Made by a program: the position numbers and the translations under genes. Positions 45,573-55,592 of a stretch of 64,000 nucleotides of DNA are shown piece by piece. Positions within the stretch are counted from its first letter, which is position 1. Each line of letters starts with the position of its first letter. The stretch is taken from positions 15,941 to 79,940 of the IMG/VR virus record IMGVR_UViG_3300024978_000004. One strand, 5' to 3'. The notes under the pieces are model-generated. The model had not been told where the DNA came from. It made no database searches and worked only from the letters and a program-made list of their open reading frames with translations. This DNA comes from a virus.

Positions 45573-46809
45573 AGATGTAAAATTAGATTTTTCAGATGTG
45601 TTGTTGTTACCAAAAAGATCCTCTTTAACTTCTCGTAATGAAGTTAATCTGGAACGTGTTTTTAAATTTAAACATTCCAATAATATTTTATCCGCGATCG
45701 GGATTATCGCCGCCAATATGGACGGCACCGGTACGTTTAGTATGGCAAAAAAATTGGCCGAACAAAAAATGCTAACATCATTACATAAACACCACGATGT
45801 TGATGAATTGGTGCAGTTTTTTACAGCAAATGAAGCCATACTTCCTTATATATTTTATTCAATTGGTGCAAATGAGAGAGATGTGAATAAAATGAAACTC
45901 ACGTATTCAAAATTGGGGTCTACTCCCACGAACATTACCATTGATGTGGCAAACGGATATGCTGAATCCTTTATACGTTTCGTGAGCGAAATACGTGATT
46001 TGTATCCTGATGCAGTAATTATGGCGGGCAATTGTGTTACGCCGGAGCTGGCCGAACAATTAATACTGTCGGGGGCTGATATAGTAAAGACCGGTATAGG
46101 GAGTGGGGGGCAGTGCACAACACGAATTGTTGCAGGTGTAGGTTATCCACAATTATCTGCTGTTATCGAAACTTCTGATGCGGTTCATGGGCTTGGTGGA
46201 CATTTGTGTAGTGACGGTGGATGCGTTGTTCCTGGTGATGTGGCAAAGGCATTTGGTGCTGGCGCGGATTTTGTAATGTTGGGGAGTATGTTAAGTGGTC
46301 ATGATGAGTCCGAGGGTGATATTGAAGGTGTAACAATACGCTATGTTGGTACCTCTGTAAACAAGGCGGTTAATTCCCAGCAAGCAAACTATACTTATTT
46401 GGTAAAAAACAGCACATCTGGAATACTAGTGCCGGTTTCTGAGGCAGATATAGATAATCTCTCACGCTGTACCAAAACATCAGATTCACTATATCAGAAG
46501 TATAAACAGTTGTTCGAAATAACCATTCCTGCTGACCCAAAGATGGTTTTTTATGGAATGAGCTCCAAAACAGCACAAGATAAACATAATGGGGGTGTTG
46601 CTGATTACCGCGCAAGTGAGGGGCGAACAACATTAGTGCCTTATAAAGGCCCTGTACAAAACACAATGCAGCAGATTTTGGGTGGTATTAGAAGTGCTTG
46701 TACATATTGTGGGGCTAGAACGCTAAAGGAACTACCCAAACGAGCAACCTTTGTGAAAATTAACAGAACCCACAACACAGCATTTGAAAATAATACCATA
46801 TCGTATTAG
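45559..46809 (+). CDS. guaC: GMP reductase with a ~65 aa insertion
   Basis: KLDFSDVLLLPKRSSLTSR, AANMDGTG, IDVANGY, GIGSGGQCTTR, DGG, FYGMSS, YRASEGR. Confidence 0.88.
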   Translation: MRIIEDVKLDFSDVLLLPKRSSLTSRNEVNLERVFKFKHSNNILSAIGIIAANMDGTGTFSMAKKLAEQKMLTSLHKHHDVDELVQFFTANEAILPYIFYSIGANERDVNKMKLTYSKLGSTPTNITIDVANGYAESFIRFVSEIRDLYPDAVIMAGNCVTPELAEQLILSGADIVKTGIGSGGQCTTRIVAGVGYPQLSAVIETSDAVHGLGGHLCSDGGCVVPGDVAKAFGAGADFVMLGSMLSGHDESEGDIEGVTIRYVGTSVNKAVNSQQANYTYLVKNSTSGILVPVSEADIDNLSRCTKTSDSLYQKYKQLFEITIPADPKMVFYGMSSKTAQDKHNGGVADYRASEGRTTLVPYKGPVQNTMQQILGGIRSACTYCGARTLKELPKRATFVKINRTHNTAFENNTISY

Positions 46810-46820
46810 GGTGATAGCAA

Positions 46821-47021
46821 ATGAGTTTGACTCTTAAAGAAATAGTACAAAAACTGCAAGGTGCGTGTCGCACAGAGGACGAAATGATAGCATATGAGAT
46901 TGGTTTTGCTCATGGTTATGATATGAGTCCAAAAGAAACAGAACTAACACCTCATCATATACAAGAAGCGTATAATGAAGGATATGAACGAGGATACAGC
47001 AAAGGTGGTCCTCATATTTAA
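46821..47021 (+). CDS. Hypothetical protein
   Basis: 66 aa. Confidence 0.55.
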   Translation: MSLTLKEIVQKLQGACRTEDEMIAYEIGFAHGYDMSPKETELTPHHIQEAYNEGYERGYSKGGPHI

Positions 47022-47032
47022 AGGAGTGAAAT

Positions 47033-47359
47033 GTGGCGACAATAGAAAGAGTGTTGATAATTGATTTCTTGGATTTGCCAAGAGAACAACAGGAAGAAAT
47101 TCAAGGCTTTGAAGCATTTGGTAATGATAGGGTTTTGAATTATACATCAGAGATGGCACCTACAGGAAATGAATTATGGTCCGATATTCTATCCCATCAG
47201 GCGATTGAGTCGTATTGGGAAGATCAATCAGCAACTAATAACTATAAAGGCACTCTACCCGAGTTCATTGTAGATTACGGGTTAACATTTGATGTTTGGT
47301 TGTTGGCTCAAGATTTTGATCTTGCTGTAACAAAAATACTTGTACAAATTTGTTGGTAA
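47033..47359 (+). CDS. Hypothetical acidic protein
   Basis: 108 aa; AAGGAG RBS, GTG start. Confidence 0.6.
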   Translation: MATIERVLIIDFLDLPREQQEEIQGFEAFGNDRVLNYTSEMAPTGNELWSDILSHQAIESYWEDQSATNNYKGTLPEFIVDYGLTFDVWLLAQDFDLAVTKILVQICW

Positions 47360-47360
47360 T

Positions 47361-47385
47361 AAAAAGGGGCCATTGGCCCCTTTTT
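47361..47385. terminator. Bidirectional terminator
   Basis: AAAAAGGGGCC-ATT-GGCCCCTTTTT between convergent genes. Confidence 0.85.
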
Positions 47386-47851
47386 AACTTCTATACTTGA
47401 TTCCTTCTTTCTTCTTAATCAATCCATATGCAGCTTTAACAACACCCTTATGTAAGGGACGGCCGGTTGCAACATATTCATCAATGGTCATCCATTTAGT
47501 AGCACCAGTTTCAAAATGTGGATCTCCAAAATCATCAGGGTTTGCGATTTTACACACATAGAAGAAATTCTTTTTAAGAAACTCTCCCAAATACCACAAC
47601 TTCATGATGTTGCTCTCACGAAGCCCCAATTCTTCACTACCTTCACGCAATGCTGCTTCCTTTGCATTTTCACCTGGATCAATTCTTCCTTTACAGCACT
47701 GGAAATCGGCGCCGCCGAAGCGTGGGTCCGACGGCAGCATAAAGTACATTTGGACTTCACCATCCTTGATGTAGTACGGAATTATGCCTGCTCTTGATAT
47801 GCCATCTGATAAGAATCTAGATTGTTCATTTATGATATCATCTACTTTCAT
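47384..47851 (-). CDS. Nudix hydrolase with MKVxDII.E N-terminus
   Basis: KGRIDPGENAKEAALREGSEELG; late promoter TATAAATA at 47884-47877. Confidence 0.85.
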   Translation of the reverse strand: MKVDDIINEQSRFLSDGISRAGIIPYYIKDGEVQMYFMLPSDPRFGGADFQCCKGRIDPGENAKEAALREGSEELGLRESNIMKLWYLGEFLKKNFFYVCKIANPDDFGDPHFETGATKWMTIDEYVATGRPLHKGVVKAAYGLIKKKEGIKYRS

Positions 47852-47949
47852 GTTATTCTCTTATAATCGTTTAAGATATTTATACAAGTGTATCTTACAC
47901 TTTAACCGAAGTTATATCAACATGATTGTTTAGCATCGTAAAGGATACG

Positions 47950-48195
47950 TTATAAAGCCAATTCAGCCTTTCTTAAAGGGCGTCTAATTGTGTAGGTTAC
48001 ACCTTTGTTGTATTTTTCATTCCATTCACCAAATGCCTTAACAGCAGGTTTTTTCAAATCACTCGTCGCAAAGATTTTTTGTTTATCACCTGTTGTTGTG
48101 TGAGTTACAGCCCCCATAGCTTTGACGGCACGAGACCATTCACTAAAGTCATCGTATTCTTTTGCAACACCCTCAAATAGTTCGTCAAGTTTCAT
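47950..48195 (-). CDS. Hypothetical protein with MKLxELFE N-terminus
   Basis: 81 aa, MKLDELFEG. Confidence 0.65.
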   Translation of the reverse strand: MKLDELFEGVAKEYDDFSEWSRAVKAMGAVTHTTTGDKQKIFATSDLKKPAVKAFGEWNEKYNKGVTYTIRRPLRKAELAL

Positions 48196-48197
48196 AC

Positions 48198-48770
48198 TTA
48201 TGCTCCATCCAATTCGTTAGCAATGTCTAATTCATATGCACGATTCTTCCAACCACGCGCAAACACTGCAAGTTTAGGATTGTTTGCAATCAATCTTTGA
48301 TAAAAACCATATTGTTCATCACAAATGTTGTTTAACAACAACTGCTCTGTATCATCAGTACAAGCATTAAGTGTGTGAATGGAAGCAGGACCCAACACTC
48401 CATCAACCGTTAAACGTAGGCTAAAAGCCTTATTTAGTGCAGTTTGTGTGATAATATGTGCACGCTTAGCACCCATGTTAACGGACATATCAAATATTTT
48501 AGTGGCCACAGTTTGGTCGTCAATGTTTCCATAATGAAATTTATCCCACCAAAAGGTTTGGTACACCTTTTTGGCATCATCAATGGTCATGTTTTTGATA
48601 TCTTCAGCATCAACATCCCCATCCCCATCAAAATCACCAACTTCGGGATGATCTACAAGAAATCTCAAACTCACCCCGTAGTTGGTAGCACCTCCTGGAT
48701 CATTAGGATTATTAACCCAACCACCCTCATGTTTTAAAATAAATGGTATTGCTTTATCAAACGTAGCCAT
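48198..48770 (-). CDS. Endolysin, glycoside hydrolase family 108 with peptidoglycan-binding C-terminus
   Basis: HEGGWVNNPNDPGGATNYGVS; FARGWKNR; late promoter TATAAATA at 48802-48795. Confidence 0.9.
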   Translation of the reverse strand: MATFDKAIPFILKHEGGWVNNPNDPGGATNYGVSLRFLVDHPEVGDFDGDGDVDAEDIKNMTIDDAKKVYQTFWWDKFHYGNIDDQTVATKIFDMSVNMGAKRAHIITQTALNKAFSLRLTVDGVLGPASIHTLNACTDDTEQLLLNNICDEQYGFYQRLIANNPKLAVFARGWKNRAYELDIANELDGA

Positions 48771-48818
48771 AATAATATCTCCTATAATATGAACTATTTA
48801 TATGACACCAATGATTAA

Positions 48819-48844
48819 AAAAGCCATCTCGAAAGATGGCTTTT
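48819..48844 (-). terminator. Rho-independent terminator
   Basis: AAAAGCCATCT-TTCG-AGATGGCTTTT. Confidence 0.85.
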
Positions 48845-48860
48845 CTTTTCTGGGCTAATA

Positions 48861-49535
48861 TTACTTAGCTTTAACTTGAGAGAACTTTTTGCCCACTACC
48901 TTTGCAGATTTAACAGCACCTCTCATTTTTGCAACATAAGCTTTTGCAGAAATTGCATCTTTAAACACCTCGATGTTCTTAACAGGTACCTTTTCTGTGA
49001 AACATTCGGTAATAACCAAATACACATCAGCATCCTGTTCACCTTCAACAACGATTTCGTGGGAAGGAACACCAGCGATTTGACGATACTGCTCAAGAGA
49101 CTCTTCAACTTCCTTGGAAGCTTTCTTAACAGCCTTCTTCTCTTCTTTTTTGTCTTCTTTGTCAATCTTTGCTTCTTCGCTCTTGCTTAATTTAGTTCCC
49201 ATCTTAGCGAGTTCCTTTTCAGCTGGCGAAAGATCATCTTCCTCATCATAAGCCTCAACAAGAGCATCAATTTCTTCATCAGAATATTCAACTCCTTCAT
49301 GGGCTGCCTTTTTCCACATAACGGAAGCAGCTACCTTTTCGCCAGCTTCTTTAGAACCATATCGTTTTGCCGCTTTAGCTGCAATTTTTGCAAAGTTTTT
49401 GCCTTTACTACCAACGTCTTCACCTTTTTTTGCAGCTTTGACGACAGTGGATTTTTCACCTTTGGACATCCCAGCTGATGGTGCAGCTTCTTCAACCGTA
49501 ATGCCTGCAATTCTTCTAATTTCGTTCAAGTCCAT
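48861..49535 (-). CDS. Charged modular protein, probable internal head protein
   Basis: MDLNEIRRIAGITVEEA; repeated YRQIAG; Lys/Glu-rich. Confidence 0.6.
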   Translation of the reverse strand: MDLNEIRRIAGITVEEAAPSAGMSKGEKSTVVKAAKKGEDVGSKGKNFAKIAAKAAKRYGSKEAGEKVAASVMWKKAAHEGVEYSDEEIDALVEAYDEEDDLSPAEKELAKMGTKLSKSEEAKIDKEDKKEEKKAVKKASKEVEESLEQYRQIAGVPSHEIVVEGEQDADVYLVITECFTEKVPVKNIEVFKDAISAKAYVAKMRGAVKSAKVVGKKFSQVKAK

Positions 49536-49646
49536 GTTATATCTCCTTTGATAATGATGACCAATAAATGTATTTATCGTGTAGGCGACAACGAGTTGCG
49601 ATTTCGTATAAATAATTTATGAATCATTCACCAAAGGACTATAAAC

Positions 49647-51971
49647 ATGCCACCACTTATTGTATTGCAACCATATATCCAAGCACAACAAACGTACCTA
49701 TCACAACACAGCTTGCGCTTTAACAGTAATGATCTTTCTTATATGTCAAGAGCATTTGCTCCAAGCGGAACAACTGCTACGTTTTCTTTTTGGATTAAAC
49801 GGACCACCCTTGGTACTACACAATCACCCTTTGGTTGGTCAAATGGCTCAAATGTATCATTTAACATCCTATTCAGCGCGAGTGACCAATTAGACCTTGC
49901 CAGCTATTCATCTGCATACAACGCAAGAAAATTAACCAATCGAGTTTTTCGTGACGTTTCCAGTTGGTATCACATCGTTTGTGTAGTTGATACAACTAAC
50001 GCAACGGCGGCTGACCGAATGAGAGTGTATGTAAATGGTGTAAGAGAAACCTCCTTTTCCGCCTCTGTTGACCCATCACAAAATCTATCAACAGCTTTAT
50101 CATCAAATGTAACTTGGGGTATTGGTGGAACAACTGGTGTAAACATCAATTATATAAATGGATACTTGTCAGAGTTTAACTTCATCGACGGTCAAGCTTT
50201 GACGCCATCAAATTTTGGCGTAACCGATTTTGCAACTGGACAGTGGAAGCCCATAACATACACAGGTACTTACGGCACCAGTGGTTTCTATCTACCATTT
50301 AATGATGGTACGTCAACAACCACACTTGGTTACGACAGAAGTGGTAATGCTAATAATTGGACATTGACAAACTTCAGTATTGTCCCTGGCGTCAATAACG
50401 ACTGGTATCAAGACACACCAACAAATAATTTTTGTACACTGAATCCTCTGCAACAGGGAACATACGCCCCAACTATCAGCAATGGTGGTCTAAACGCTTC
50501 GGGTACATACGGCCAAGCTAATGCGACAATGGCTGTTAGTACAGGCAAGTGGTATTTTGAATATGTAGCGACAAGTATTGGAGCTCAACTCGCGGGTGTT
50601 GGTATTGAGGCAGGACCTGTAACTAGCCCAAATATTCAAAGCTCTGTTGCTTATAGCTACACGAATAACGGTAATAAGTTTGTTCGTGCTTCAAACACCA
50701 CATATGGTGCAACTTGGACAACCAACGACATCATTGGAGTTGCTTTTGATTTGGATAACCATACAATTGAGTTCTTTAAGAATGGTGTATCACAAGGCGT
50801 TGCTGCTTCCGACATTACCACCGGATTGTATTATTCACCAACAACTGGTGCTGGGGGCACCGCTGGCACTAATGTGTTCTATATAAACTTCGGTCAACGT
50901 GCATTTGTGTATACCCCACCAACAGGATTTAAACCGTTGTGTACAAGTAACCTTTCTACACCAACAATTGTACAAGGTAATATTCACTTTGATGTTAAGA
51001 CGTACGTTGGTAACGGAACATCAAATTCAGTAACTGGGTTAAACTTTCAACCGGATCTTGTATGGGGTAAGTCAAGAAGCTTTGTTCAATCTAACGGTTT
51101 GTATGATTCAGTAAGAGGTGTACAAAAAGCCTTATATTCAGATTTGAATTACGCCGAAACGACAGATGTTAATGCTTTAACAAGTTTCAATACCGATGGC
51201 TTTTCACTGGGTAGTTCAGCTAGCCTTAACCAAAACAGCTCAACATATGTTACGTGGAATTGGAAAGCTGGCGGAGCGGCAGTAACTAATACAGATGGTG
51301 CTATAACATCTCAGGTTAGCGCAAACACAACTGCGGGGTTTTCTATTGTTACATTTACAGGTAATGGTGCCACCAGTACCTCAGTCGGCCATGGCCTGGG
51401 CGCCGCACCAAAACTATATATGATCGCACCAAGAAGTACAACGGGTGGTTTTGCTATGGTACACACACTTGTGGATGGAACTGTGGATTATATGTTTTTA
51501 AACTCGCCAAAGGCCAACGGAAACGCTACACAAACTGTTCCAACATCAACAACATTCAATGTTCGTGCGGATGCTGCTGAGAATGCAACAGGTAGACTTA
51601 ACGTGGTTTACTGTTTCGCAGAAGTTGCTGGTTTTTCTAAGTTTGGTAAATACACCGGTAATGGTAATGCTAATGGACCATTTATTTACTGTGGATTTAA
51701 ACCAAAATACTTACTGGTGAAAAGAGCGGACGCGTCTGCGCACTGGTACGTAACTGATGGCGGTCGCGATACCATCAACGAAGTTCAGACATTCTTATAT
51801 CCAAGTTTGTCCAACGCTGAATCTATTGGTACGGCTGGCTCATACAGGGAAGACTTCCTATCCAATGGATTTAAAGTAAGAGGTACTGGTGCTGATATTA
51901 ACGCATCGGGGGGTACATACATCTTCATGGCCTTTGCAGAAAGCCCGTTTGTGTATAGTAATGCAAGATAA
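49647..51971 (+). CDS. Tail fibre / receptor-binding protein with LamG (ConA-like) and SPRY-like domains
   Basis: TFSFWIKR...WYHIVC..D (LamG), GKWYFE...GDIIGVAFDLD (SPRY), Y.GNG repeats; late promoter TATAAATA at 49607-49614. Confidence 0.8.
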   Translation: MPPLIVLQPYIQAQQTYLSQHSLRFNSNDLSYMSRAFAPSGTTATFSFWIKRTTLGTTQSPFGWSNGSNVSFNILFSASDQLDLASYSSAYNARKLTNRVFRDVSSWYHIVCVVDTTNATAADRMRVYVNGVRETSFSASVDPSQNLSTALSSNVTWGIGGTTGVNINYINGYLSEFNFIDGQALTPSNFGVTDFATGQWKPITYTGTYGTSGFYLPFNDGTSTTTLGYDRSGNANNWTLTNFSIVPGVNNDWYQDTPTNNFCTLNPLQQGTYAPTISNGGLNASGTYGQANATMAVSTGKWYFEYVATSIGAQLAGVGIEAGPVTSPNIQSSVAYSYTNNGNKFVRASNTTYGATWTTNDIIGVAFDLDNHTIEFFKNGVSQGVAASDITTGLYYSPTTGAGGTAGTNVFYINFGQRAFVYTPPTGFKPLCTSNLSTPTIVQGNIHFDVKTYVGNGTSNSVTGLNFQPDLVWGKSRSFVQSNGLYDSVRGVQKALYSDLNYAETTDVNALTSFNTDGFSLGSSASLNQNSSTYVTWNWKAGGAAVTNTDGAITSQVSANTTAGFSIVTFTGNGATSTSVGHGLGAAPKLYMIAPRSTTGGFAMVHTLVDGTVDYMFLNSPKANGNATQTVPTSTTFNVRADAAENATGRLNVVYCFAEVAGFSKFGKYTGNGNANGPFIYCGFKPKYLLVKRADASAHWYVTDGGRDTINEVQTFLYPSLSNAESIGTAGSYREDFLSNGFKVRGTGADINASGGTYIFMAFAESPFVYSNAR

Positions 51972-52042
51972 ATCGTTTTAAAGAAACGCGCCGCCCCTTT
52001 GTGATATATACGATATAACATATATTACAAAGGAGTGAGTAC

Positions 52043-52681
52043 ATGAATGAAATAACAGAATTAACAATCGAAGACTCGGATAATATTCTCAAGGAATTGG
52101 AGGATGCCTTCTTCGATATTCCATTCGATAATTCAGCGTTTCAGACAGAAAATTTTATTATTGCTGCCCAAATCACCCCCGAACGAGCATATCGTGCTAT
52201 TGGCCTTCGGATGAGTGAGAAATTACGAGCACTAAACGAAGCCAAATATAATCGCATGAAAGAAGACATTGATATTGAAGAACTGCGCGAAAAACTAACT
52301 TTATCTGATGTGAGTAAATGGGACAAACGGAGAGCTGAAGTCGATATTCAACAAAAGCTTGAAAATCGGCAGTTTTCGAACAAATTAATAAACGATGCAC
52401 TCGCTGAGCTATCAATATTATACAAACATTTTAAGGCATTGCCAAAATTCACAAGAGAACAGTTTGAACAGGGTGAAAAACTTCATTTTGAACAAAAATT
52501 GCAACGACAATTAATTGGTGTTAGTGGTGCAAGAGAATCTCTCGCAAACATGACAGATGATATTAGGGCGATTGTATCATACGAACACAATATTGCTGCA
52601 CTCTCATCAGCTCCCACAACCGACGAATTACGTGACTGTCTCACGGATATCAATCTCATCGTTGCCCAAGAGCAAAAATAA
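52043..52681 (+). CDS. Coiled-coil protein downstream of the tail fibre
   Basis: 212 aa helical; AAGGAG RBS. Confidence 0.65.
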   Translation: MNEITELTIEDSDNILKELEDAFFDIPFDNSAFQTENFIIAAQITPERAYRAIGLRMSEKLRALNEAKYNRMKEDIDIEELREKLTLSDVSKWDKRRAEVDIQQKLENRQFSNKLINDALAELSILYKHFKALPKFTREQFEQGEKLHFEQKLQRQLIGVSGARESLANMTDDIRAIVSYEHNIAALSSAPTTDELRDCLTDINLIVAQEQK

Positions 52682-52693
52682 TGTTGTGACGTA

Positions 52694-53614
52694 ATGGAAC
52701 AAAAACCAAAGAGAACAGGCGGGCGCCCACGAGGTGAGTTTGTTTCTTTTGAAGAAGCGCGCGAGTGGGTCAGTCGCCTCAAATTAAAAAATTATAAAGA
52801 ATGGTTAAAATACGCGAAGCGTAGGGTTCCTCGTGGTAAACGCAGAGGACTAAAATATAAACCCAAAATTATTCCTGCAAATCCCCAATGTTATTACAAA
52901 GATGAATGGATAAGTGATGCTCACTTCTTGGGTCATGTACCGTATATGTCTTATGAGAACGCTAAAAAATTCGCCACAAATATGCAATTCAGAAATGTTG
53001 TTGAGTGGCATGACTGGCATGTATCCACCAAACCCGAAAACATACCACGAGACCCAGCTGTATTCTACAAAGAGTGGGAGTCATGGGGAGTATTTTTAGG
53101 AACAGGAAATGTTAGCAGTAGTGTGCAACATAAAAATTATAGACCCTATCTTGAGGCGTTAAAATATGTGCACACACTTAATTTATCAAGTGAAATAGAA
53201 TATAAAGAATGGCACAAAACGAACAATATTACAGACTTGCCTGTTCTGCCCCAAACAACTTACAACAAAGATTGGGAAGGTTGGCCAAAGTTTCTTGGAA
53301 AGGATATTACATCAAAAGTTGAAGGGCATACTGTAGATGTGAGTGTGCTTGTTATTACTCAACATCAGGGGTTTCCAAGCAATGTATATGAAATACGTGT
53401 TGATAGGGGTGGGAAGAGTTCGGTTTTAAGTAAACAGAAAGAAAACCAGTTTAGAATCATTAAAATTTACAAGAATGAAGCGGATAAACAAGTCCAAATC
53501 CAAAGACTCATATCATTATGTGGGTCACCTTGGTGGGAAGGTAATAATATGTTTTTAATTCAAAACATTCACCAATTGTTGTTTGATTTGGACAATCTGT
53601 TGCTTTGGGCTTAA
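52694..53614 (+). CDS. Protein with three integrase-repeat-like units
   Basis: Three ~55 aa repeats (Y/F)EEA......L......EW......IP..P...Y..EW..W..FLG. Confidence 0.7.
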   Translation: MEQKPKRTGGRPRGEFVSFEEAREWVSRLKLKNYKEWLKYAKRRVPRGKRRGLKYKPKIIPANPQCYYKDEWISDAHFLGHVPYMSYENAKKFATNMQFRNVVEWHDWHVSTKPENIPRDPAVFYKEWESWGVFLGTGNVSSSVQHKNYRPYLEALKYVHTLNLSSEIEYKEWHKTNNITDLPVLPQTTYNKDWEGWPKFLGKDITSKVEGHTVDVSVLVITQHQGFPSNVYEIRVDRGGKSSVLSKQKENQFRIIKIYKNEADKQVQIQRLISLCGSPWWEGNNMFLIQNIHQLLFDLDNLLLWA

Positions 53615-54405
53615 ATAGCTTTGCTTTCGGCAATCTGTCGAGCCTTAATGGCATCAGTGATGCGTGTTTTACTGCTTTTTGAATCTAATAAAATGATGGT
53701 TAATGTGTGTGTTGCAGTTTTGACTTTCATAACAAGGCACTTGCCAGCTTCCTTTATATACCCAGTCTTTGATACAACAATATCCCACTTACCATCCTTA
53801 ACCAACTTGTTTGTGTTGTTGAACATTGAAGGTTTGTCACCAACCACCACCGCATAATGTTTGGTTGTAGTAAAATCCCGTATTACGTCGTATTTAGATG
53901 CAGCATTTACCATTTTTGCCAAATCAACCGCCGTTGATTTGTTGTGGTGGGTCAATCCTGTTGGGTCACTAAAAGTGGTGTTTTTCATTCCTAGTAGTTT
54001 GCTCTTACTATTCATTCTATCAACAAATTCAACAACACCGCCAGGATAGGTACGAGCTAATGCGTGAGCGGCACGATTATCTGAAGACATTAGAGCAAGA
54101 CGTAGAATTTCATTTCTAGGAAGAGTTGTACCCACAACCAGTCGTGAGGATGAATGTCGAAGCATATCCACATCATCTTCAGTAATTGAAATTTCTTCGT
54201 CCATCGGCAAATCCGCATCAAGAACAACCATTGCTGTCATCAACTTTGTAATCGATGCAATTGGACGAACAACATTAGCATTTTTTGCAATTAGTTGTTT
54301 GTTGTTCTCGGTTGTCACCAACACGGTTGCTGTTTGCATAGCATAGCTTGTGGTGGATATTGCTCCACACCACAAACAAATGCATACCAAAAAGAGTTTA
54401 TTCAC
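53611..54405 (-). CDS. pbpG: D-alanyl-D-alanine endopeptidase (PBP7, peptidase S11)
   Basis: Signal peptide; PIASITKLM (SxxK), SSDN (SxN), KTG. Confidence 0.88.
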   Translation of the reverse strand: MNKLFLVCICLWCGAISTTSYAMQTATVLVTTENNKQLIAKNANVVRPIASITKLMTAMVVLDADLPMDEEISITEDDVDMLRHSSSRLVVGTTLPRNEILRLALMSSDNRAAHALARTYPGGVVEFVDRMNSKSKLLGMKNTTFSDPTGLTHHNKSTAVDLAKMVNAASKYDVIRDFTTTKHYAVVVGDKPSMFNNTNKLVKDGKWDIVVSKTGYIKEAGKCLVMKVKTATHTLTIILLDSKSSKTRITDAIKARQIAESKAI

Positions 54406-54604
54406 CGGCTATAACTCGTGTCTTTTTAATACGCATGAAATGGCCAAAACCGATGCCGATAATAATGAAAAATAAAGTTTCACACACAAAACCAGCGTAC
54501 ATCAACATTAAATTTGGGTGAGCAATATAACTAGCCAGCAATATATTGTCAAGTGTTAAGCAAGCAATCGCAATTGCTAAAATCGTCTCCAGCTTCGTTA
54601 ACAT
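54398..54604 (-). CDS. Small membrane protein
   Basis: Two hydrophobic helices. Confidence 0.55.
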   Translation of the reverse strand: MLTKLETILAIAIACLTLDNILLASYIAHPNLMLMYAGFVCETLFFIIIGIGFGHFMRIKKTRVIAGE

Positions 54605-54665
54605 GTATATCTCCTATAAGTGAATACTATATGAATTATAGTGCAAAACTCTTAATGGGTCAACG

Positions 54666-55484
54666 TTACAATTTTAGTGTTAAACATTTAGCTGCACCAC
54701 CAGATTTCATAAACTCTGACAAATCAACTTCAATCACCTCGAATCCAATATTATTCAATCGATTCTTTAGATTATCAGACGCTTTATTGAGTATAATTGT
54801 GTTGCCAATGTTGACAGCATTGCATGCAAACATAGTAGCATCCTCTTCTGTTACAGGGATGGAGTGACCGTTGTAATAACTCACAATCTTGTTCTGACTC
54901 TGTTCACTAAATGCTTTCGGAAAATACAAAACAAAACCATTATTAATTGGACAGAAACATGTATCCAAATGGTAAAAACGAGCGTCTGTTAACTCCAATA
55001 AGTTGGTTGACATTTGATGTTGGTGTAGTGTACTTGTAACGAAGGTCCCAGCACCTTGTGTGCTTCTAAATCCGTGACCCACCCACGCCATGTCGTCTTC
55101 ACCCGTTAAACAATCGCCCGCACCCTCAAAAGTAAGAGGAGAGGGTGGAATAATGGTAGTGAACCCATTATCCACAAACCATTTTTCGAAGTGTACTTCT
55201 TCACCTTTACGCTGAACGTTTCTAAAAGTGGATGTGATAGCATATTTTGCGTTTTTATCATCAAACACATATGCAGCATTTGCTGTAAATACCATATCAG
55301 GCAGTCCATCTACAGGTTCAATAAGTTTTATATCTGCACGCTTCGCTATTTCTTCTGCTAAACAATTCCACTGTCTTGTTGCCAAGGACTTGTCAACTGA
55401 CCCTATATTACCCGACATCCACGGGTTGATTTCGTATGATACTGCGAAATATTTGGGTTCACACATTAGTATAGTATCTGCCAT
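54666..55484 (-). CDS. Amidinotransferase / DDAH (pentein) family hydrolase
   Basis: PDMVFTAN, R.GE, FEGAGD, FYHLDTCF, KSGGAAKCLT. Confidence 0.88.
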   Translation of the reverse strand: MADTILMCEPKYFAVSYEINPWMSGNIGSVDKSLATRQWNCLAEEIAKRADIKLIEPVDGLPDMVFTANAAYVFDDKNAKYAITSTFRNVQRKGEEVHFEKWFVDNGFTTIIPPSPLTFEGAGDCLTGEDDMAWVGHGFRSTQGAGTFVTSTLHQHQMSTNLLELTDARFYHLDTCFCPINNGFVLYFPKAFSEQSQNKIVSYYNGHSIPVTEEDATMFACNAVNIGNTIILNKASDNLKNRLNNIGFEVIEVDLSEFMKSGGAAKCLTLKL

Positions 55485-55540
55485 AATAGCTTTCCTTTAT
55501 AATGTTATTATATATCATAAAATAATAACGAGTGTTTCAA

Positions 55541-55570
55541 AATAAAACCGCAACGAATTGCGGTTTTATT
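55541..55570 (-). terminator. Rho-independent terminator
   Basis: AATAAAACCGCAA-TTCG-TTGCGGTTTTATT. Confidence 0.8.
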
Positions 55571-55592
55571 TTGTGTAATGTAATAAACAAAA

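Noticed and set aside
46320-46540. Intein in guaC
   Set aside because: No N-terminal Cys/Ser block or C-terminal His-Asn, and too short.
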